Below, piece after piece: positions 39,031 through 51,299 of a stretch of 64,000 bases of DNA. The notes under the pieces are model-generated. The model saw only the letters and a program-made list of their open reading frames with translations. It did not search any database and was not told the DNA's origin. The stretch is from contig NW_027361797.1 of NCBI RefSeq assembly GCF_039654945.1, forward strand, positions 20,026,001 to 20,090,000, read 5' to 3'. The stretch comes from Dendrobates tinctorius. Taxonomy: Eukaryota. Position numbers and translations under genes: made by a program. How positions within the stretch are numbered: position 1 is the stretch's first letter; every line of letters starts with the position of its first letter.

Positions 39031-39121
39031 CACAGTCCATTTTACTAACCAACCAGCCAGCATTCAACAGATAGCAGGCAATACACTTGTTATTTACTCT
39101 GCACCAGAGGCACATGCTTAA

Positions 39122-40274
39122 CCCCTTTCCGATATCGGGCATAATAGTACGCCAATGTCGAACTCCCTCCCGATATATACAGCTAACATAACTAGTTAAA
39201 TGCTGCTGTCAATCTCTGACAGAGGCATCTAACTCGCTCTTCCGGCAAGCGCGCCGGAAATCCCGCCCATCGGCGACCCCCGTCACATGTTTGCGGGTCA
39301 CCGATGAGATGGCATGACAACCAGAGGTCTCCAGCAGACCTCTATGGTTGTCATAGCCAGATTGTTATAAGCGAAACCCAGTGGTCGGTGCTCACAGCAA
39401 GTGAGCATTTCTGCTACATACAGGCGATTTGATCATCGTCTGTAAGTAGCAGAGCCAATCAGACAACTGCAGCTTATAGTCTCCCATGGAGACTATTGAA
39501 GAATGCAAAAAGTTAAAAAAAAATGTTTTTAAAAATAATAAAAAATAAAATATAAAAGTTCAAATCACCACCCTTTCACCCCATTCAAAATAAAACAATA
39601 AAAAATCAAATATACACATAATTGTTATTAACTCAGTCAGCATCGCCCAATCTATCAATATAAAAAAAGAATTAACCCGATCGGTAAACGGCGTAACAAG
39701 AAATAGTGAAAACGCCAGTATTACTTTTTTTTAGGTCGCTGCAATATTGAATTAAAATACAATAACAGGAGATCAAAAGATCATATCTGCACCAAAATGG
39801 TATTATTGAAAACGTCAGCTCGACGCACAAAAAATAAGCCCTCACCCAACCCGAGATCATGAAAAATGGAGACGCTATGGGTATCGGAAAACAGCACAAT
39901 TTTTTTTTTTTCAGAAACTTTGAAAATTTTTTTCACCCCTTAAATAAAAAAGAACCTATAGATGTTTGGTGTCTCTGAACTCATAATGACCCGGAGTATC
40001 ATAATGGCAGGTAAGTTTTAACATTTAGTGAACATGGTAAAAAAAAAGAAACAAATGACATTCGGATGCACCTTTTTTGCAATTCCACTGCACTTGGAAT
40101 TTTTTCCAGTTTTCCAGTACACGATATGTTAAAATAAATGGTGTCGTTAAAATGTACAACTCGTCACGCAAAAAAACATGCCCTCACATGGCCATTTTGA
40201 CCAAAAAATAAAAAAGTTATGGCTCTGGGAAGAAGGGGAGCAAAAAACGAAAAAAAACTCTGGTCGTTAAGGGG
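39122..40274. mobile_element. non-autonomous piggyBac-like element
   Basis: TTAA|CCCCTTTCCGA...TCGTTAAGGGG|TTAA. Confidence 0.88.
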
Positions 40275-40599
40275 TTAATGGTTGCAGCCACATTATCTAA
40301 AATGCTAAAAGTTCACAGTTTAAGCAGATGACTTCCATAATACTAGTGTAGCACCAAGCGGGTAGGTATGTTTTGCTGTGGTAATGTACTCAGACTAATC
40401 TTTACCTGGGAACTGACATAGAGGAGACTCCCTGAATATCTCTTCCTATTTATGCTCAAACCAGGTGACATCATACCACAGACCGCAGCTCTCAGATCTG
40501 TCCAGCACTAGGACCATTCCCATTAACTACTCTAAAAGCGTTCCTGTATTCTCTCACCGTAGGTCCCTTGACTTGCCCTCTGTAAAAGAGACCACTGCC

Positions 40600-41270
40600 A
40601 CCACTGAAGTGCTGTTGATGAGTCTTGCTTCCTTTGCCACTGATTCCCATACACACCGAATGATATTCTACTTCCCTGAGGGTATCCTGTTCTGTCCCTC
40701 TCTCAACCTTAGCTAACTTCCTGTTCCTGAAACTACCCAGATATTCTCAAACCTCCTCCCCACTATGGGTCGGTCCTACAGTTAACTGTCTCTGACTATG
40801 CAGCCTGTTGCTGGGCAGACTTAACCTTTCACACAGTTCTATGCAAACATTAAAACACCTACCTCTATCATTCATTACATTACTTTACATTGTCTATAAC
40901 ACTGCCGCATACTATGCATATTATACGTCACATGGCGATGAACAACATTATGCAGGCAAACATTATCTCTATCTTAACCTATATCCAGAAAACCCATTTC
41001 AATATTACAAATCACAATTCACATTACATCAATACAATTGGTGTCTTGAGGGGGGAACGCGACAGGCTGTTCACCTCCTTATATTCCTCCCCTCTTTAAT
41101 TATGGTCATCCTCGACTATCTGGAAAACCTACAAGACACCAATGCACACTACAAAGAAACAATCATAACATCAATCAACATAAAATTTCTGGCTTCTCTT
41201 CTCCAGAAGTACTCTAACTTGGTCCCCAGAAACATAATGTCCAAGTTGTTTATAACAAGGGACCATTAGG
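40600..41270 (+). pseudogene. old L1-clade RT remnant
   Basis: GGAACGCGACAGGCTGTTCACCT = frameshifted GTRQGCPLSP, preceded by an LY..P-like motif. Confidence 0.5.
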
Positions 41271-43119
41271 CCAACAGTCCATAAAATGGAGGTAAAGTCC
41301 TTTTTCTTTAATTGTTGACATCATTATTTAGATGACAAAAGAGTGACATGTCTCCAGGCCTCATCTTCAGTGGCACTGTTGGTGAAATTTAGCTAAACAG
41401 AGGTAATTCCAATTTTCCTAGCTAAAATGACACTTTAGCTGAGTCTTTCAGTGATCAATCTCTTCAGCCAACTTTTCAGGAACAGTGCAAATGAAGTGCT
41501 CGTGACTACATTTTTTTATATCTGTGCCTCCAGTCTCACTGACTCATCTCTTCTCAGAACCACAACTATCAAGACTTGGCTGACACTTTCCTGTTCACAG
41601 AGGCTTAGAGACTCCCACAAAGTTGCTGACCATACGTTCACTTTCCCAACTCCCCTACTAAGAGTATTTCGCTGCCACAAATGGATTTATTCCTAGCTGT
41701 TCCCCTTCTCACTTTCACTGTTGTCCCCAGTAAAGTTTGCTTGAGCCAGAGCCTCTTGCTTCTTTGCCAAAACTAAATTCTCAACAGAATCTCCTATTCC
41801 TGTTACTAACACACAATCCCTAATCCTCCTCCCCAATATTGGCTGGCCTTACAAACAACGCTGTCTTTCCAATTAACAGGAACTGCAGCCAAAGAAAGAT
41901 AACTTTTGAATTCATTAGAGTAAAATACATGTATAAATACATTTAAACTCCAGGAATGTCAGAAGAGTGGAACGCCATCTTAACCACCATCACACAAGGG
42001 CCACATTGTCATACTGAACCAATCCAGGGACCAAACTAAAAATTTAAGGGGTAGTAACTTCTGTGATATTCGTGGCAAATCAAAAATATATACTATAAAT
42101 GTCTGATAGGTACAAATTCTATTTACAAGACTTTTGCTTCTAAAAATCAGCACTCTACTGGTACGTCCACATTGGGCTTTTTGACAAGAATTTAGAAATA
42201 GATTCTGCTCCTAAATCTACATAAAAAAAACATGTAATATTCTTTGAGTAAATTTCCGAGTGAATTTACTACTTTATTTACATTATTTTGAACATTTTGC
42301 AGTAATACTAATAGGAAACTAATTCAAAGAGTATTTGAAGCATTTTTATGTGGATTTTCAGTAAAATCTGCTTCTAAATCCTTGTAAAACTGGGTGAATA
42401 GGCCCTAAAGAGGAATCAGTCATACATACGCAATGCTCTTTACGATAGATCATGGTTTTTTTCCTTCCTACTTAATGATTCAGAACTCCCATAGCCTACA
42501 GTGGAGAGCGCCTCAGACATGTGAGGCCACCTGTCTGATTCACATACTACCTTCTGGAGTGCCAAACTGTTGAGACCATATTCTCCTGATGTATAAGGCA
42601 TCCAGAGATGTCTATACATGGCACCATTAGTACCTGCCAATCACTGCTCCTCAGCTACTGCCACTGCTCTTCTGTGTGAGGCTTCCTATATACAGTATAG
42701 CTAACCTGTCAGTCAAAAATTTATTCTGTCCATATGGTTGGGGGCTGCATAGAATGTCATCACGGGTCACACGTGGTCCCCGGGTCGCAGGTTGTGCACC
42801 CCTCCTCTACAGTCTATAGGAACATATATGAATGTGGCAGATTTACAGAAAGCTCCTTCTATGTGACATCCATAAAATAACCTTCAGTGCTTACTTGATT
42901 TAAGAATAAGAGCTTCTTCATCACTAGAAGTGTTAACGATATAATACGCACCCAGCAAAAAGGATAATTTACTATACATTTTATAGAAAACATTTAATAT
43001 TCAAATTGCCTCTTCAGAGAGGAAGACTAGAACTCTATAGCGCCACCTGTTGTAAGCAGCGATCCTACAACTCCCTATTGACCCTTTAACGAGCCTTGAA
43101 ATATGACTTAGGATAAAAG

Positions 43120-43201
43120 CCAAATCAGAATCTCAATTTGCAGACACTGTGTTTCGAGTTGTTGCCCCCTCATCAGTGCAAAGTGTAAGATCTGATTTGG
43201 C
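43120..43201 (-). ncRNA. extended type I hammerhead ribozyme
   Basis: Minus strand GCCAAATCAGATCTTACACTTTGCA-CTGATGA-GGGGGCAACAACTC-GAAA-CACAGTG-TC-TGCAAATTGAGATTCTGATTTGGC: intact core, GUC cleavage triplet (C at 43143), long stem I with internal loop. Confidence 0.88.
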
Positions 43202-43245
43202 TAGGTGAGAGACTTTGGACTGAGGTATCAGGGGTAATGTTTCTT

Positions 43246-43336
43246 CTTGTGGAGAGTGGCATACCGGCCCTGGCATGCTGATGTAAGGAGGCTTATTTGC
43301 GAAGTAATGCTACTCTGGGAAATTTAATATGAAAAT
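43246..43336 (-). promoter_or_regulatory. snRNA-type promoter-like motifs (octamer, SPH, PSE)
   Basis: ATGAAAAT (43329) and ATTCAAAT (42999) each differ from ATGCAAAT by one base; TTCCCAGA..AGCATT is SPH/Staf-like; TCTCCACAAG (43255-43246) resembles the recalled Xenopus PSE TCTCCNNATG. Confidence 0.5.
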
Positions 43337-44289
43337 TAACTCTTCAAAAGGAAGAGGACTAAAACTTTATAGCGCCACCTGTTGCAAGTCACTATCGACC
43401 CTTTAACGAGCCTTGCAATATGACTTAGGATAAAGGCCAAATCAATTCCCAGAAGAGCATTGCAAGGTACGTGGCCCCGGGGTCTTTACCATCAGAAGTA
43501 ATCAAGGGAACAGAGCGAGCTAGGGCGCCCATAGTGTTAGGGACAGGGAAGGAACCCCTGGTCCTGGGTCACCCGACAACAGAGTCGTGACACTTGCAAA
43601 TAGGCCACCTCACCTGCCCTTTGGGCTCGCTCAAACCACTGTATTAGTCAGTTGAGAGCTATCCAATTTTTTAATTGGATAGCACTCAGGCCAGTCATAT
43701 CTAATGGGGCAGTTGAGGTGACCTATTTAATGGGGCAGTTCACATTTTTTCTCATACCGATTAAGCATGAAAAAAAAATCCCTGCATACTACCATTTGAT
43801 GTGCTAATCAGACGAGACTCAACCATTCTAGTCTATGAGTGTGTGGAAAACATTGGATTGCATTGAGATGATATACTGTTCTCCATCTTCTCCTCACCTG
43901 TGCTACGAATCTGTCATCCAAGCACTAAACCAAGTTCTTTGTTTATGACATCATCACATGGACTGTAACCCAGTCAGCAATTTCCTACGCTGTTGCTCCC
44001 TTTTTCCTGTTGGCAGCTGAACCAGTCATTACATTTTACAAGTCCATATATTTCTACTTCCATATTGTAGTGTTTATTGTACTTATTCTTCCATCGCGAA
44101 GGTTGCCTAATGACTCACAAAGATCATTCTCTAAGAAGACTGATTCATCTACCACAAACCACAAAATAAAGAATGTAAAGTTTCATTCCAATTGAAGTGA
44201 AATAATGTACAATGGCCACCATCCACCAAAGAGACATTACTGGACTATATGAACAAAGGCAACTATTTTTTTATGATGTTTTATTGTAT

Positions 44290-45295
44290 TGGGTCGCCAT
44301 CCCAGGGCTGTGGGGTACTCGGTACCAGGCCGGTGTCAGCGGGATGTGTCACAGCAGCGGTGACCCGGTCCGTGGCCCTGGGCGCCCAAGTATTAGGGGA
44401 GATTGAATGGTGGAATGTAGTTAATGGAATAGTTTGTGACGCCACCTGTGGTGTTCGGCAAGTGAGATGTTAAGCCGACGCTGCGTGCAGATCCACTGGG
44501 ACTTATGGTATGGTGCAGCAAAGATGTAAAAGCTCCCCACAGGTGAAGCTGTAGTCCCAGGGCAGTGTAGATGTGGTTGGCACGGGGATGTAGCAGTGCC
44601 GGAAGGGTAGGAAGCAGACAAAGACACAGCGGGGTGCAATTTCTGTACCTTTACTTGATAAATGCAGTCCAGGATCCTGATTACAGATGGTACTGGAGCA
44701 GGCTAACCTGGAAGCAGCTCAGGGATTCTCTCTCAGCAGATGGGCTGTGCAGTCTCCTTCTTAGCGCTTATTTGAGTGAAGTACTCCTAGTACTGAGTTA
44801 CACTGAAGTTCCTCCTAATTCTTTTCTACTAGCACTCCTCGTATGGCAGACAGCTGTAGCCGCTATTCCTCTCTTGGCTCACTCTGTGCTGTTGTGCCTC
44901 CGAGTCTTAGATGGGAGTAGGGCATTTACAGCCTCCTACTCCTCTGGTGTCTGTTGCAGGACCGTTAGTATCCCTACAACCGTGGAGACCAGGCTCCAGT
45001 TCATGCGCTCTCGCTGTGAGGGAGCTCTCTTTCCTCAGCTCAACCTCCAGCTTCTCTCCACACATCTGCACACGTGGACCTCCTCACACTAACTGACCAC
45101 TCCTTCCTCTTGGCCCTCAGAGAGCACTCCTCCCCTCAATTCCAGTTCAGAGTCCCCCCTGCTGGCCTGGAGTGGAACTGTGTTGCATGTATAGGTTAAC
45201 TGCGAGAGAGACCCTTCACTGCTTCCAAGCATGACATCACCCTCCCTGGAGGAAGGCAAAGTCACTGTGGCGGCCATACTCCTGGGGGCGCCACA
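44290..45295. mobile_element. Gypsy-type solo LTR
   Basis: TGGGTCGCC...GGCGCCACA termini; GTAT TSD at 44286-44289 and 45296-45299. Confidence 0.85.
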
Positions 45296-45847
45296 GTATT
45301 TAAAAGACTTTAATATACTGTAAAGTTTTAATATCTGACTTGTCGAAGTCAGGTATGCCAGTGCTATTTACATACCAGTGTTACCAGTGATACCAGTGTT
45401 ATTTACATAAGCAGCCCAATTCTCTCAGATGAGAGAATCGACGATCATGTTACTGTAGGAGAACTGAGCATGGGAGACAAAGTGTTGCAAAGCTGTGCAG
45501 CCTTCAGACTTGTACAAAACTCTGCGAAGCTATTCCCAAAGAGAAGAGTTGCAGAGGGGACAGAATTAGGCAGTGCCCCGGATCAGGTGCCAGTGATGAA
45601 ACCATCCGTCGATATAAAAGGTCAGAGCACCAAAACAGGAGGTGATTTGGAGCCAAGAGAGGAGACAGATGCTCTTGTTGCAGCTCCAGCAGCCGAGATA
45701 GTAGGCTGCAGCCACGGGTACCAGCTAGGGCTGACCTAGACGATGACCATCAAGCACCAAAGACCAGAGATACGCCGATTAAGGTTCAGATTGCACTCGT
45801 CAATGCCGGTCAAGCATCGAAGACTCTAAGGATGCTGGTCAAGGTTT

Positions 45848-46474
45848 TTTTTTGTAATCAAATATTTTTTATTACAACAGATAACCATATTGTAATACAG
45901 TCTGACACAAATTCCAGACAGATACAAAATGTAATGTAAAAAGCAGATTGATACATTTTCCTTTTTTAACATAACTAGCCCCTTAACTCAATAACCCACC
46001 CCCCTACCCCCTCCCTTCCCACCAATCCCATCCCAATATCCTTTATACTTCAGCTAATACATCACCTCTTAGTAAACTGAAGCATAGCTTTTCAGATGCA
46101 CAACTTTATAAAAATGAATTTCTCTCCCAAACAATCAAACTGGACCCAGCCTAGCCTGCAATAACTCTGCAGACGCCACAACTGGATAGTCCATCTATCT
46201 GCCCCAAACATTTTCAAACTTTGTATGTTGCCCTCTCTTAATATATATATTCCTTTCCATGAGAACAATAAAATTAACTTTATTGACAAATTCTTTTTTG
46301 ACTGATGGTCTTTCATCCAACCAATGCATCACAATAATCTTCCTGGCAGCTTACAACAATCTTGCAATAGCCAATTTCTCACATTCATCAGCAACAATAT
46401 CACCCACACATCCCAAGAGGCAAGTCAGCAGGCTACGCAAAATATTTACCCCCATCACTTCTTGAATCAAGTTA
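45848..46474 (-). mobile_element. 5'-truncated L1 with TSD
   Basis: 16-bp TSD ATGCTGGTCAAGGTTT (45832-45847, 46475-46490); poly(T); minus-strand ORF2 C-terminus AARKIIVMHW..KFENVWGRW; TT/AAAC target. Confidence 0.85.
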
Positions 46475-47409
46475 ATGCTGGTCAAGGTTTAATACCTAGA
46501 CTATGCCAGTCAACAGTCAAGGACCAGACCCCATCGATTTGGATTGAGAAGATGCTCGTCGGCGGTCAAGCACCGAAGAGGTCCTGTGAATACCCAGCCA
46601 GAGCCTTCAGCCTGGTCCAGTGATCAAAGGAGATGTGTGAGATGGGACGTCACTTCTAGCACAGAAGTATGGTATCGAGCGTGGGCAGGAGGCTGGTTGC
46701 GAACCAGATTGGGTCCGGCTAACGCTAGAGCAGTCCAGAGAGCATAAATAGACTTTGTAAGAAAAATGTATGGCTAGTGAGATGGAGCAGCAACCCTCAT
46801 AAAGGCCCAGAAAGCCACAGAAACTTCTAGAGACTGTTCACTCCAAATAATGGTCTTGCACTTCCTCCCACTAGAACTAGATTGGACTGTAGACTCGGAG
46901 TTTATTCTGAAGTTTCTTGTTGTATGCTAATCCATATGCATCTGTTACGTAATTGCTTGTCAAATAATCTGTAAATATTGTCCTTTTGTGATTTGTCATT
47001 TTCATTATCTGTTTCTATTTCATATCGTTAATCCAATAAGTAAATTGTTGTTTCTACCTGGTGCCTCTGCTGTTGCATTTACACACCGACTTATAATACT
47101 ATAACCTTTCAGAAATAATTCTATCCAACACATTAAATAATACAAAATACACAAATTAGTGAGCACGGAGAGCAGATGACGCAGAAAAATAACAGCTAAT
47201 ACAGATAGATGACCTAGTTGAGCAACTTAATTCTTTGGGGAAGGCTCGTTCCATGTCCATAGCACATTGCTGGGCACTAATCCAATAACCAGTCACTAGC
47301 ACAAACTTCAGCTATAAATATCCCAAGAATGCCACATACTTCATTACAATGTATAATGCCACACTCAATAAGTGACCTCAATGCGTTTTTTTGGAGGGAG
47401 CCTAATCCA

Positions 47410-48413
47410 TGAGTGGTCAGTACTGCACGGGTCATTTTAATTACTGCACTTTATTTACCGTATATGTACTTTTTGGGTCTAATTCTGGACCCTTAAACGT
47501 GGGATTTTATCTATGAATTTGGCACACGTTTGATTCATAGAACAGTTATGTGTCTGTCACTATTACGAATATATTTACTCTTTTTCACATTTATTCCATT
47601 TCCGCTTTTCGCTGTTGCCCATGAAAGCGGTCAGGGGTATTGCAGACTGTGCTCGTTGGTGACATATGTGGGTACACCCACTGCACAATTGTGAATTTCA
47701 GAAGTAATGCCAGCAATGACTTGTGTTCCCACTACACATGTGCCGCTTTTCACCATCTACCATATGCAGTTGCTTCGGATGTCACATCCGCTCCCCCCAG
47801 TGATGCATCATCGGGATTAGCTGTGTAGGCTCCTACATATAGATGGTTTAACACACAGGTAATCACAGCCCCCCCACCCCCCGAGGAAGACCACTCGAAA
47901 CGTGCGTTGGGGCTGCTCTTTGCACTCATCCACATGGGCTACTATGGTTAAGATGGCCTTCGTGGGTATTCACTTTCTTTATCTTGTGTTTTCATACTTC
48001 TACATTTTGTATGCAAACCTGACCAGACCCACATCCTGTTACCCCTTTTTTTTCTATAGACATTATACCCTACTTTATCTGCCTTAACAGTTCTATGGAC
48101 ACAGTATTTTTGTACTGGCTATGTTCCACTTGATTGATAGTTGCCAGTCTTTTTCTGTCACATACCTATTTACATTAATATCCATGTTAGTATTTCATAC
48201 TGCCTGTAGCTATATGTATTTGCCTTCATTACGCATACCCGTGACTATTTGGTGGATCCGTAGCATTTTACAAGTAGTGTCTTTGCTATACGTTATAGAT
48301 TTAAGGAAGCGTCCATTAGAATTGTTTCTTGGCTCTATTTTATTATTGGGCGATTTGCCATGACATATTAATATAGCACAATACAATGCTTTCTGTTCAG
48401 TTGATATTGATCT
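47410..48413 (+). mobile_element. Penelope-like remnant flanked by ~75-80 bp direct repeats
   Basis: CCCC-CCGAGGA-AGACCACTC-GAAA-CGTGCGTT-GGGG at 47877-47912; repeats at 47335-47409 and 48414-48494. Confidence 0.55.
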
Positions 48414-48507
48414 CATACTTCATTACAATGTATAATGCCACACACACAATAAGTGATCTCAATGCATTTTTTTTTTGGGGGGGAGGCTAATCCAAAGCAG
48501 TAAGTAA

Positions 48508-48913
48508 AGGGCCTGTCACACTAAGCGATATCGCTAGCAATATCGCTATAACGTCACTGGTTTTGTGACGTTATAGCGATATTGCTAGAAATATCTCTAT
48601 GTGTGATATTTACCTCCGACCGGCTCCCCCGCTGATTATCGCTGATCACGCGAGAACGTCCTGGACCGTTTCTCTTCGTCAGCTTCCTGCTGGGCTTCCT
48701 GCTGTGGAGACGAGCAACGCGTAGACGCAGGCGGGAGGACGTCAGGATCGCCTCGTCTGACAGGTAAGTAGCGACCCCCGACCCATGCGATGTCGCTGAT
48801 GAGATCTGCCTGTTTGGCAGCTCACTAGCGACCACTTAGCGATGCACCAGCGATCCTGACCGTGTCATATCGTGGTCGGGATCGCTGGTGCATCGCTAAG
48901 TGTGACAGTACCT
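48508..48913 (-). mobile_element. PIF/Harbinger MITE, family A copy 2
   Basis: Reverse complement of 10564-10970 along its whole length. Confidence 0.92.
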
Positions 48914-49176
48914 GATTGCGGTTTTACCTTCTACAATGATGAGTATAATTTTATTTTATGTTGGATAAAATTCAAGCTGGATTTATGTGACTTAGCAAAA
49001 TTCTTTAACCTGTGGCTGTTTGCTTTTAGTATTGGATGCAATATTACACACATTATATTCCTAAAAATTAAGTTGATATTTTTTCCTATTAAATGGATTG
49101 CCTCATGGGCAAAATTCTTATCCAATTACCCTTTTACGGAATAGGGATGTAATTATGGGTGGTCTTTTATTCATAA

Positions 49177-50161
49177 TTAGATGTGTGCCCGATGCTATCG
49201 CATTGGGAGGGCAGTAACATCACAATGGGGGGCAGCTTTGTGGCGCTGGGGGTGGCGGCCCACCCACTTCCGTGCAGTCACAACCGGCAGGAAAGACAGT
49301 GTTTTGCAGCCTGTAGTCGTGTGTAGTCAGGAGGTGGGTCCTGGCAGGGGTCCAGCCGCGGCATCACTCTCATTACTCCCCCCTCATTACACCCTCTCGG
49401 TACACCCTTCTCACAGCCGGCAGGAAAGACGTTATTTTGCAGCCTGTGCTGGAGATGGTGTGTGGCGCCACCAGAGGGTGGCCGCACCCAATCTCCAGCA
49501 CAGGCCTCAAGCCGCGGTCTATCCTGCCGGCTGTGACTGCACGGAGGTGGGTGGGCAGGCAGCGGCTGGATCTGATGCGTGTAGTCAGGCGGTGGGTCCT
49601 GGCGGGGGTCCAGCGGCGGCATCCCTCTCATTACTCCCCCCTCATTGCACCCTATCATTCTACCCCCTTCATTACACCCCTCTCGTTATATCCCCTCATT
49701 ACACCCCTTTCACAGCCTCGTGATTGCAGTGGTGGCCTGGATCCGAGCGGCAGCTGGGATCTGAGCGGCGGCTGGGATCCAAGCAGTGGTCGGGATCGCA
49801 GCGGCGTTCGGGATAGCAGCGGCAGCCTGGATACGAGCGGCAGCCTGGATACGAGCAGCAGCGGGGATCCTAGTGGCAGTTGAGTTCTCAGCGGTGTCCT
49901 GGATCCGAGCGGCTGCTGGGATCCCAGCGGCAGTCGGGATCGCAGCCGCATTCGGGATCGCAGCAGCTGCCTGGATCCGAGCGGTGGTCGGGATAGCAGC
50001 AGCGTTCGGGATCGCAGCTGCGTCCTGGATCCAAGCGGCATCACTTGGGTGTTCCAAAATGGCGGTTGGCGTACTTCCGGTGCGGTGCAGTGGATTGTGG
50101 GATTCGGGGACATCCAGACGGAAGTGGATGACAGACAATTTAAGGCAATTATATATATAGA
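49177..50161 (-). mobile_element. non-autonomous Helitron with internal GC-rich repeats
   Basis: Minus strand A|TCTATATATATAATTGCC start at 50161; hairpin CCCGATGC-tatc-GCATTGGG 49188-49207; CTAA|T end; 15- and 21-bp GGATC repeats at ~49730-50040. Confidence 0.8.
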
Positions 50162-50317
50162 TGTTATCATGCATTGCATGGTTGGCTTTTCACTTGAATG
50201 CCTGGCATGCTATTTTCCATCCAGCGCGCTGTTAGAGAATTCGGGTCTGGGGTGATTAACTGATTAAAGGGCTGATCTTTTTTAAGCACGACTTTTATCT
50301 CTTTTATGACTGCACAC

Positions 50318-51299
50318 TAGGGTGACCGCAAAAAATCGATGTCGTAATTTTGTCCGTCTGGACCCCACAAAACGATTCCCCTTTCCAGATATTGAGATAG
50401 CCAAAATTTGAGCTCGATCAAACGACGTTAACCCGTGCCGCTCGTCGCTCAAAGTTTGAAAAAATCCAAATTGAGGTATTTTAAGATTTAGGTATTTTGC
50501 ATAGTATGTTAGACTATAAAGAATGTGACAACAACATTGCAGAAATAGCCCTGACCAAATTTTTGAACCATTTGTGGTATTTGAATGCAGAGTTGGTGGG
50601 ATTATCGTTTTTTGATCCCACCATTACAGACAATGAAAAGTTGTTAATGGCTAATAAATTGCTCAGTAGCACAGATGAACCATCAGAGCACGCTAGGGTT
50701 GTAAATCCAAAAGTTAGGAAAGAAAAATTAAAAGAGGTAGGAAGTAACCGACTTTAACGACCTTCTGACAAAAGATGAAGAACAAAAGCAATATGTCCTG
50801 CAAGTTGTAAGCAAATGCCGAGCATTATATTCTGACGTTTCAAAAACTACTTTAACAAAAGCTCTAGAATAGATTAGATAACTATGTAAAATTATCAACT
50901 CATGTAGGTTAGCGTGCTCTGATGGTTCATCTGTGCTACTGAGCAATTTATTAGCCATTAACAACTTTTCATTGTCTGTAATGGTGGGATCAAAAAACGA
51001 TAATCCCACCAACTCTGCATTCAAATACCACAAATGGTTCGAAAATTTGGTCAGGGCTATTTCTGCAATGTTGTTGTCACATTCTTTATAGTCTAACAGA
51101 CTATGCAAAATACCTAAATCTTAAAATACCTCAATTTGGATTTTTTCAAACTTTGAGCGACGAGCGGCACGGGTTATCGTCGTTTGATCGAGCTCAAATT
51201 TTGTCTCTCTCAATATCTGGAAAGGGGAATCGTTTTGTGGGGTCCAGACGAACAAGATTCTGACATTTTTTCCCCCCCATATGAGATCCGGTCACCCTA
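50318..51299. mobile_element. hATm-derived foldback element
   Basis: TAGGGTGACCG/CGGTCACCCTA TIR; perfect 8-bp TSD CTGCACAC; inverted arms each encoding KF.NHLWYLNAELVGLSFFD; centre encodes LTKDEEQKQYVLQVV. Confidence 0.92.

Larger units (their letters stand above)
42992..43617 (-). repeat. 330-bp hammerhead-containing tandem repeat (satellite-2/retrozyme-like), ~1.4 units plus an inverted fragment
   Basis: ATTTAATAT..TCTTCA..GGAAGA..TATAGCGCCACCTGTTG at 42992 and 43322; inverted copy of ~43275-43325 at 43444-43617, split by an LTR fragment. Confidence 0.85.

Noticed and set aside
49181-50179. Ala/Ser-rich ORFs resembling antifreeze or mucin proteins
   Set aside because: Arise from 15/21-bp repeats inside a Helitron; open on both strands.
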